64,000 nucleotides of DNA, from the IMG/VR virus record IMGVR_UViG_3300032116_000002. One strand, given 5' to 3'. The number at the start of each line of letters is the position of its first letter. The stretch's first letter is position 1. Shown here one piece after another: positions 53,647 through 61,437 of this stretch. Position numbers and translations under genes: made by a program. Under the pieces are notes generated by a model, which searched no databases, was not told the origin of the DNA, and was given only the letters and a program-made list of their open reading frames with translations. This DNA comes from a virus. Taxonomy: Duplodnaviria > Caudoviricetes.

Positions 53647-56592
53647 TTATCCTCCGAATACTAAATTATAACCTACTACTCTGGCTTCACTTACGCCAGC
53701 TGAAATTCCTGTTAATTGACTACCATTACCTATGAAATTAGTTGCAGTTATGTTTCCTGCTACACTAAAACTAGATGTTGGTTTGGTATTGCGCCATGCA
53801 TTAGTTTCCCAAACATATAAAGTATTAGTATATGCATCAAAAGCTAAATCGCCATTGCTATTATCAACTAATGGCAAGTAGCTTACATCTTCTACAACTA
53901 ACACTGTTGGAACTACAGCAACACCACTAGGAGCAATTAATGTAGCAGTACCAGCTACTTCCTGAATCTTATTCTTAAAGCTTGGGGTATTTTCAATATA
54001 TGTTGCCATATCTTGTGGTACGAATTGTCCTGCTGTTGCATCGTATACAAGACACATTTGATTCACCATGCTTGGTATTGGTCTTATTTCTACTGGTGTT
54101 TTATGTCCCTCTTTCATGTGTTGGAAATAAAGAACATAATTACCATTGACATTTGTTTCAACTGCTAAGTTTTTAATCGTTATAGCACCGCGCATAGGTG
54201 CATGATTGCCGCACTGATAATATAAAGTGTCAGGAGCATTATTAGCTACAGTGAAAGTTAATGTTTCATAACCTGACTGCCCGTTTCCTCTAGAGCCAGT
54301 AACTCCTGTTGTATACTCACCTACGTACTGACCCGAAACGAATCCAGTGCCGTTATCTGTTGTTATATAGAAAGGATGACTAGCAAGTGAACTATCTAAG
54401 TTAAAGGTATAGGTAGCACCACGGTATAATGGACCTATATTTCTGTTTTCACCTACGCCACTTCCACTAATACTATAAGCACCACTTCCATTTGCAGCAA
54501 CATTATAACTGACACCTGTTGGTATAGTTAGAGTTGGAGGTGTTACAGTAGATGGCACTGAGATGTTTAATCTTTGTACAGTGGTGTTAGCACCGCCATT
54601 AATGTTAGGATGACTGTGTGTAACGTTACCTACATTGTTTGCCCAACTGACTAAATTATCTAGTCCGGCGCCATCTACCCACTTTAGGTATAACCCGTGT
54701 CTTTGATCTAAGTTACCGTGTATTTCATTTGCAAAGTTATTAACTTGATATGTTCCCTGCTTATAGAGAGGTACTTGTATTTGTTGTTGATTAGTAATAC
54801 TAGTTCTTGCATATGGCAGTGAACTTTGAGTCCATGTCCATAACCACATAATGTCGTTACCTGGGCCAGATCCATCTGTATTGATAGTAAGAACTTCAGG
54901 TTGAATTGTAAGATTAAATGGTAATACATCCTCTGATGATAATGCTGTATTACCTAAATATATTGTATTACCTTCTAAATATAAATCTTTAAATCTATTT
55001 GTAGTGTTACCTAAACTATATGTGTTTGTTGTTGCAGGTATAATGTTACCCGCCATTGTTAAACTTGTTAAATTACCTACACTAGTAATATTAGGTTGTG
55101 CATTTGTTGTAACTGTTTGTGCGCTAACTGAGGTGGCTGAGAGTAATGAGGGTAACTCACGAATTTGTATTGATATGTTATTTGCAGGGGCACCAGCAAA
55201 ATTTACTGCGCTATTTGAAACTGTGTAGTCTGTAATTGGCATCTGTAAAATGCCGTTTTCAGTTACAATTAAACTATTTGCAGTAGCGGTAGATGAAACA
55301 TTGAAAACTGTTTGTACTCCGTTACCAGTATATGACCATAAATTAATTGATGCTGCTGCGCCACTAAAGGCAAAAGCTTGTACTTCAATTGGTACTCCGT
55401 TATCAGGTGCACTTGTAAATGTTATTACATTGCCTGTTAAGCTATAAGCTGTTTTAAGTTGTAATACACCGTCAACGTTAACTACTAATTGATTTTCACC
55501 GGCAGGTGTTGTAGTAAGTGTGAAAGCTGTTTGAGATCCATCTCCAGTAAAGCTATCAAGTGATACTGAAGCTACCGGGGTTTCTTGTGCAGCCCAACTT
55601 AAATTACCTGATCCGTCAGTTTTTAAAACTTGGTTGGCAGAACCACCAGTTATTTTTAAATTACTTACATTGCCTAAACTTACATTAGCTCCAGTGAAGC
55701 TTACATTACCCGTAACACTTAAACTTGTTAATGTACCAACACTTGTAATATTTGGTTGTGCGTTTGTTGTGACAGTTTGTGCTGAGGTTGCGGTAATACC
55801 AGTAAGTTGACTACCATTACCAATAAAGAAATTAGCAGAAACATTACCTGTATAATTTGGTAAGTAAGCAGCAACATTAGTGTCAGAATAACTAGCAGGT
55901 AATCCAGTCAGTTGACTACCATTACCGATAAAGAAATTAGCTGTTACATTGCCTGTTGTAGTGAATGCATTTGCTGACAGGTTACCTGAATAGTTTGGTA
56001 AATAATTTGCGGCCCAATCATTTGCTGTATTGCTAAACGCATTTGTGTTTAACTTATTTGCTAAACTGTTTGTTATTGAAGTAGAGAAACTTGCATCGTT
56101 ACCTAACGCATTGCTTATTTCACCTAATGTATCTAGTACAGCTGGTGCAGAATTTACTAGATTCGCTATTGCATTACCAACATAAGTTTCTGTAGCGTAA
56201 CCTGTTAGACTTACTTGATTTACAAAACTTAAGTTACCATTACCGTCTGTACTTATTAGCTGAGCGTTACTGCCTCCGGTAATTTTGACATTTGATACAC
56301 TACCTAAGTTTGCTGTACCAGTTGTTGTGATATTAGTGACAGATAAAGTATTAGTAGTTTTATCAAATGTAAGATTTGCTGATCCAGCAAAACTATTTGC
56401 ATCGTTGAATTGAAGTTGAGTATTTGATCCTGCTGCCCCCTGTACAATATTGTACGGAGTGCCATTGGCGGTTAAAATATTGTTGGTTCTAATGTTTCCA
56501 GCACTTACATTGCCGGCCGTTGTCAAACTATTCGCAACGTAGTCACCAGTTGTATCAAAATTTCGGGGTTTTATGCGTCCTAATGTAGCCAT
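53647..56592 (-). CDS. Fibre shaft protein with cupredoxin-like domain
   Basis: NAQPNITSVG repeats, F.GDG repeats, SHPF...YYQCGNHAPM, ends LVFGG; TAAATA at 56630-56635. Confidence 0.8.
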   Translation of the reverse strand: MATLGRIKPRNFDTTGDYVANSLTTAGNVSAGNIRTNNILTANGTPYNIVQGAAGSNTQLQFNDANSFAGSANLTFDKTTNTLSVTNITTTGTANLGSVSNVKITGGSNAQLISTDGNGNLSFVNQVSLTGYATETYVGNAIANLVNSAPAVLDTLGEISNALGNDASFSTSITNSLANKLNTNAFSNTANDWAANYLPNYSGNLSANAFTTTGNVTANFFIGNGSQLTGLPASYSDTNVAAYLPNYTGNVSANFFIGNGSQLTGITATSAQTVTTNAQPNITSVGTLTSLSVTGNVSFTGANVSLGNVSNLKITGGSANQVLKTDGSGNLSWAAQETPVASVSLDSFTGDGSQTAFTLTTTPAGENQLVVNVDGVLQLKTAYSLTGNVITFTSAPDNGVPIEVQAFAFSGAAASINLWSYTGNGVQTVFNVSSTATANSLIVTENGILQMPITDYTVSNSAVNFAGAPANNISIQIRELPSLLSATSVSAQTVTTNAQPNITSVGNLTSLTMAGNIIPATTNTYSLGNTTNRFKDLYLEGNTIYLGNTALSSEDVLPFNLTIQPEVLTINTDGSGPGNDIMWLWTWTQSSLPYARTSITNQQQIQVPLYKQGTYQVNNFANEIHGNLDQRHGLYLKWVDGAGLDNLVSWANNVGNVTHSHPNINGGANTTVQRLNISVPSTVTPPTLTIPTGVSYNVAANGSGAYSISGSGVGENRNIGPLYRGATYTFNLDSSLASHPFYITTDNGTGFVSGQYVGEYTTGVTGSRGNGQSGYETLTFTVANNAPDTLYYQCGNHAPMRGAITIKNLAVETNVNGNYVLYFQHMKEGHKTPVEIRPIPSMVNQMCLVYDATAGQFVPQDMATYIENTPSFKNKIQEVAGTATLIAPSGVAVVPTVLVVEDVSYLPLVDNSNGDLAFDAYTNTLYVWETNAWRNTKPTSSFSVAGNITATNFIGNGSQLTGISAGVSEARVVGYNLVFGG
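53790..55116 (-). repeat. ~1.33-kb duplicated block, copy 1
   Basis: Colinear with 61722-63048; landmarks checked at four points all give a 7,932-bp offset. Confidence 0.9.
56014..56177 (-). repeat. Dispersed repeat, copy 2
   Basis: Matches 46865-47028. Confidence 0.85.
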
Positions 56593-56671
56593 TATAATGT
56601 CTCAAAAATGAATTTTTGCACCTATAATGTATTTAGCTTAAAATTACTAAGATCAGGACTGGGTCAGCTTT

Positions 56672-56899
56672 CTAGACTATTTTCATCCACCAAGATTTTT
56701 CGTCTATAAGTGTCTTTTTAATCAGAACCGTCATTGTTCCATATAGCATATATGGATTATAGTCGAATCTATTTTCTTCTTGGTAGTCGTCATGGGTCCA
56801 ATGATTTTCTGACTTATTATAAGTAAAGATGACATCCTCTATGTTTACAGTGTCACCGTCATTAGGTTCTCTAGGAATAATATTTGCTAAAGTAATCAT
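56672..56899 (-). CDS. 75-aa protein with P..P..GD.V......TY....W anchor-like motif
   Basis: ATGA overlap with the upstream gene; motif resembles the N-terminus of 40605-41219. Confidence 0.6.
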   Translation of the reverse strand: MITLANIIPREPNDGDTVNIEDVIFTYNKSENHWTHDDYQEENRFDYNPYMLYGTMTVLIKKTLIDEKSWWMKIV

Positions 56900-59800
56900 C
56901 TTGTTGGAAATGGTTTAGTTGGTAATGCTGGTATATCTGTACCATTATGACACATGGTCGCTATCCCATTTAATACTCTTGTAGAATATCTTGAAATGTT
57001 TTGCGTAAATCTAAAATCTTGCATATTTCCGCACCATTTTGAAGATTGATTGGCGTAATAATCAGCTCCTAACATCAAGTTACTCCAAGTGTACATATCC
57101 CAATCATGGTTAAGTGACAATGTTCCATTAGCTGTAGTTGGTGGACCATTCGACGAATATGTTCCCTGGTTGTTTGCCATACAAATTACTTGTTGAACTC
57201 CGTTAATCCAAAGTATCCAATTCTTTCCTGATCTGCATACAGCAACGAAATCCATATTTCCTGAACTCCTTAAGGCGACTTGAACACCTGATGTAAAAGT
57301 TGAGTAAGTTGTGTTGCTGCCTCTAACTAAAATCTGCCAATACCCAGCTGGGTTTATTCCCACCCAAAGGGCATTATTATAATGGAACAAACATGCTCCT
57401 TCAGTAGCAGTCATAAAGTTTGAACCACCTGATGCTAAATCATGCCAAGAAGCCCAACATTCAAATGTCAAATCTTCTCTGCGAACATCCTTATGTCTTG
57501 TACCCCACCAAGGTTCGTCTGAGCCAATCCTACAAACGTGTGTTGTATTGGTAGCATCGTTAGGGAATTTAATACTTGCTTTACCAAACTTTTTGTGTTG
57601 CGCATCTGGTAATACGCCATAGTAATAATAATATGCTCTATTTGATGAATCTAACATAGGGGCTGTGGCATATGAGAGGATATATGTGTTTTGATCGTAT
57701 ACCCATTTGCCCTTTGGTACAGTAATAGTTGTTGAGTCGTTGTTATATCTAGCAACATCACTAATTCTCATAGGACCGCCACCGTTATACTGTCGTATAT
57801 GATAAGTTATATCTGCACGGGTAGACTGACTAAAAGCTGTTGTTTGTTGTGCGACTCTTCTACCATTTATAAATAAAGCCATTCTGTTTGTTCTTGTTGG
57901 GTCAAATTGAACTGCCATATGATTCCAAGAATGTGGCTGAAGATTTCCTGTATTTCCACTTGTAGCAAGCTGCTGATAATTCGTTGTGCCTAAAAACATA
58001 CGGAAACTAACATCGTTTCTAGATGCAGCAGGTGTTGCAGCATTATTTAAATGGTAACTGAAATTCCAACCTGAATGACCATTAGAATCCGCACACTGAT
58101 GTTGTCCATGGGAGCTTGGACTACCTGGATTAACTTCATGCACATAAAAATATTGTTCAATAGTCCAAGCACGACTCATTCTTGGTATCCAACCTAACGT
58201 TGGTGCGAATGAGTTGTTGTTTGAGGTTTCTGGTAAATGGGCGTGCATACCATTGTTCCAATTAGGATATTGATTTGACCCCATAAATTGAGTATCATAA
58301 AAAGTTGGAAAATCAGTTTCTGGATCAAAGGGATTATACGTTGATCCACTATAAACGTCCCATGCACTTGTTAAATTTTCATTTAAATTATTCCAGCCAC
58401 CTGCAACAACATCATTTCTACCTGTTTCATCTCTTAAAGTTGCATTACATAAACTATAGAATACAGTATTTGCAGTAATATCCATTGGCTTAGTAGGAAC
58501 AAAAATTGATGATGGGTTAACTCCTACACCGCCGCTATACGCCCCGTACGCAGAAACACCTTTAACGATTCTGAAATTACTGATATGACCCCAAAACCCA
58601 TTAGCATAGCGTAAATTTATATAAGAACCATTACCGATGTGTATTCTATTTTGTGGTGCGTCAATTGAACTAGTAAAACGACTTTCTGCTTCTTTTTTAC
58701 CATTTACATATAATGCTATACTACCATTAGTTCTTTGAACAACAACGTGTGTCCATTTTCTTGTGTCTCCCCAAAGACCACGATGAGTAGTTAAAACCAT
58801 TGTATTGTTTGTTATAACTTCAAATCCACGCAAACCATCACCTGATTGAAGTACGATTCCTGCATCGTTGAACCAATTCCGTGTATCAAAGAAAGTTATG
58901 ATGAATGAATTACCTTCTGAGTTACGCCAATTTGAAGTAACAAAAAATTCTATACTAAAATCACCAGTTCCAAAACTAAAATCACCTGTTGTTGTTCTTG
59001 CCTTAATTACCTGTTGAGAACCGTTATAAAAATATGATGAGTGACCACCGTAATTACCTGTCGTACTTGTGCTTGTTCTTGATGTTATGTGTTTTTCACC
59101 AAAGTATTGATGACCTAAAACCTCTCTAAAACTATATTGTCCATATCCATCATTTATCCAACCACCATCCATTGGAATTTCTCTAGTTAGATTTCCTGCG
59201 CCGAAGGATAAAAATGATGTGTTAGCATCATTTGTTGTTGTGCAAACATTATCAATAAATGTTGATACCCCATTACTTTGAGGATTAATACCAAAAGCAG
59301 AAGTATATCTTGCAGTCTTGCTAATTTTTAAACAACACATTGAACTCGCAGCCGCTGCCAATTCAACATTTCGTGTTGCAAACATGTTTACATCATTGCT
59401 ATCATTGTAGTTAGTTGAGCATGTACCTGTATATGCTAGATAACCATTGACATAAATTTTAAATCCGTTAGTTGCTGTACTCTCTCTCACATATGCGATA
59501 TGATACCAACCACTGTGGTATATAGCATGGGTAGTTGTATTACCAGTATGCTGTGTTGCACCGTCACTCCATACAGGTCTAAAGTTACCATCTATGTATG
59601 CTGACCAGCCCGTTGAGCCTGCTGCACCTGCATTGCCTGTACCTTTGCCGCATAGTGGGAAATAACCTCTAGCATCACCCATTCTTACCCAAGCTTCAAC
59701 CGTAAAAGGACCGGTGCCAAAATTAAGATGATTTAATCCACCTGCTGTATAATCTTTCAGTCTAAACCATGTGCCATCTAACATAGACACAGAATGAAAA

Positions 59801-60813
59801 CCTCTACCTAAATATGGATTAGTGGCTTTATTCATGAATGGTGTATCGTTTAATCGCATTACCTGCGAACTATTCAGTGATATGGTTAAACCTTCTCTTT
59901 GCCATAATGGACTATTAGGATGCCATGGTTCTATAGCACCAATCGTCAACAGTGCAGGACTTGCCATTGTCAATGGAGTTGAAGGTCTTGTAAATGCTGC
60001 TGTATAAACAGCTCCACTGCTAATTCTAATGTCAGTTAATTTTCCATAATATGCAGAACTAGCGGTATCTACTCTGTCTCTGCCTATGTATAATGTATTT
60101 GTATCTGTAAAATTACCTGAAGATGTTCCTGTGGCGTAAAGTGCACCATCTACATATATTCTTGTATCGTTTGAACTTGTGCTTGTACGAACAATTGCAA
60201 TGTGATACCACTGATCTCTGTTTAATGCACTAGCACCTTGTATACTCACATTACCTACAGCATCGTAATATCCTAAAATATATGTGCTAGTTAAATATAC
60301 TACCCAACCGGTACCGGATGTTCTTCCTGCCTGCCCACCCTTACCTATGATGTAATGTTCAGTCGCATCATTTCTATGTAGGCATGCCCAAAATTCAATT
60401 GTAAATGCAGTTGTACCTAATCTTAAACTAGCTGTATCTGTGACACGATAGCATTGGTCATTAAAGTATGTGCTATGAAAGTGTTTAGGTCCTGCATGAA
60501 AGGGACTGCCATATGGCCAATCATTTCTAGGCTTTATATAATGTGCTTCGTGATTTTTACCGCTGTGGTCATGCATTGCGCCCGCAGGTTGTTCCTCAAT
60601 AGCATCAGTTAAATGCCAAACTACTTGCGAATAATATGGATCTCTATCTGGACCTGAAGGCCAAACAGTTTGGCTAGTATCATTTTGATTCGGCGCAGGC
60701 CAAGTACTTAATGATTTTCTTTTTAATGCATCTATATCATCTGCTGTAAAAACACCTGATCTGCCATCAAGTTTGTCAACAGGAAAACCACCTTTGTATC
60801 TATTATTTCTCAT
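56896..60813 (-). CDS. Divergent multi-LamG receptor-binding protein (~5 domains)
   Basis: FTIEFW, WYHIA.VR, FTVEAW, LTFECW motifs; rich in aromatic residues and His. Confidence 0.8.
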   Translation of the reverse strand: MRNNRYKGGFPVDKLDGRSGVFTADDIDALKRKSLSTWPAPNQNDTSQTVWPSGPDRDPYYSQVVWHLTDAIEEQPAGAMHDHSGKNHEAHYIKPRNDWPYGSPFHAGPKHFHSTYFNDQCYRVTDTASLRLGTTAFTIEFWACLHRNDATEHYIIGKGGQAGRTSGTGWVVYLTSTYILGYYDAVGNVSIQGASALNRDQWYHIAIVRTSTSSNDTRIYVDGALYATGTSSGNFTDTNTLYIGRDRVDTASSAYYGKLTDIRISSGAVYTAAFTRPSTPLTMASPALLTIGAIEPWHPNSPLWQREGLTISLNSSQVMRLNDTPFMNKATNPYLGRGFHSVSMLDGTWFRLKDYTAGGLNHLNFGTGPFTVEAWVRMGDARGYFPLCGKGTGNAGAAGSTGWSAYIDGNFRPVWSDGATQHTGNTTTHAIYHSGWYHIAYVRESTATNGFKIYVNGYLAYTGTCSTNYNDSNDVNMFATRNVELAAAASSMCCLKISKTARYTSAFGINPQSNGVSTFIDNVCTTTNDANTSFLSFGAGNLTREIPMDGGWINDGYGQYSFREVLGHQYFGEKHITSRTSTSTTGNYGGHSSYFYNGSQQVIKARTTTGDFSFGTGDFSIEFFVTSNWRNSEGNSFIITFFDTRNWFNDAGIVLQSGDGLRGFEVITNNTMVLTTHRGLWGDTRKWTHVVVQRTNGSIALYVNGKKEAESRFTSSIDAPQNRIHIGNGSYINLRYANGFWGHISNFRIVKGVSAYGAYSGGVGVNPSSIFVPTKPMDITANTVFYSLCNATLRDETGRNDVVAGGWNNLNENLTSAWDVYSGSTYNPFDPETDFPTFYDTQFMGSNQYPNWNNGMHAHLPETSNNNSFAPTLGWIPRMSRAWTIEQYFYVHEVNPGSPSSHGQHQCADSNGHSGWNFSYHLNNAATPAASRNDVSFRMFLGTTNYQQLATSGNTGNLQPHSWNHMAVQFDPTRTNRMALFINGRRVAQQTTAFSQSTRADITYHIRQYNGGGPMRISDVARYNNDSTTITVPKGKWVYDQNTYILSYATAPMLDSSNRAYYYYYGVLPDAQHKKFGKASIKFPNDATNTTHVCRIGSDEPWWGTRHKDVRREDLTFECWASWHDLASGGSNFMTATEGACLFHYNNALWVGINPAGYWQILVRGSNTTYSTFTSGVQVALRSSGNMDFVAVCRSGKNWILWINGVQQVICMANNQGTYSSNGPPTTANGTLSLNHDWDMYTWSNLMLGADYYANQSSKWCGNMQDFRFTQNISRYSTRVLNGIATMCHNGTDIPALPTKPFPTR

Positions 60814-60814
60814 A

Positions 60815-61171
60815 TTATGATAGAGTTTCGAAACTTACTGTTAGTACTAATGCTGAGTTTGCGCTTGCTAAACCTCGTAGTGCATCACCTTCTCCTAAGT
60901 ATATTGGTGCATCTTTTCCAACAATGACTACAGTAGAGTTTGCAGGTATTAAGATTTGCCATGCTATAGGGAAATCTGCTGCACTGCGTCTTACTTGTAA
61001 TGTGACTGAAGCAGGAGAAGTAGCTTTATTAGCTACTATTAATGCAGAGACTTTAACTAGTTGATTGCTGGCTGCTGCGTTCTCTAAAATTTGAGTGTCA
61101 GAGGTAGTTAAGTTTACAAACAATGAGTCTGCTTTTATGTTCGTTACTGATGCAAGATTTGGATTTGCCAT
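60815..61171 (-). CDS. 118-aa adaptor-like virion protein (MANPNL family)
   Basis: Paralog of 45442-45798 and 53274-53645. Confidence 0.8.
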   Translation of the reverse strand: MANPNLASVTNIKADSLFVNLTTSDTQILENAAASNQLVKVSALIVANKATSPASVTLQVRRSAADFPIAWQILIPANSTVVIVGKDAPIYLGEGDALRGLASANSALVLTVSFETLS

Positions 61172-61182
61172 CTGTGTTCCTT

Positions 61183-61395
61183 TTATATATCAATTATTGA
61201 GGATATTATTGTTGATCTAACAACATGTCTATCAATAGCATTACCAATTATATTACCAGATACTGTTAAATTTCCTGAAACTGTAATAGCGTCTGAAGCT
61301 ATTGTACAATTGCTTAAATCTAGTGTGTCACCTGCAGGAAGTTCTTGTATCTGAGATGCAGATGGGTTAACTATTAAAGGTATTCTATTAGCCAT
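61183..61395 (-). CDS. 70-aa virion protein
   Basis: RIPL.V......IQEL..GD.L motif; TAAATA at 61414-61419. Confidence 0.7.
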   Translation of the reverse strand: MANRIPLIVNPSASQIQELPAGDTLDLSNCTIASDAITVSGNLTVSGNIIGNAIDRHVVRSTIISSIIDI

Positions 61396-61437
61396 AAGTT
61401 TGTCCTATTTCTATATTTATCGGATTTTTTCCTATTC

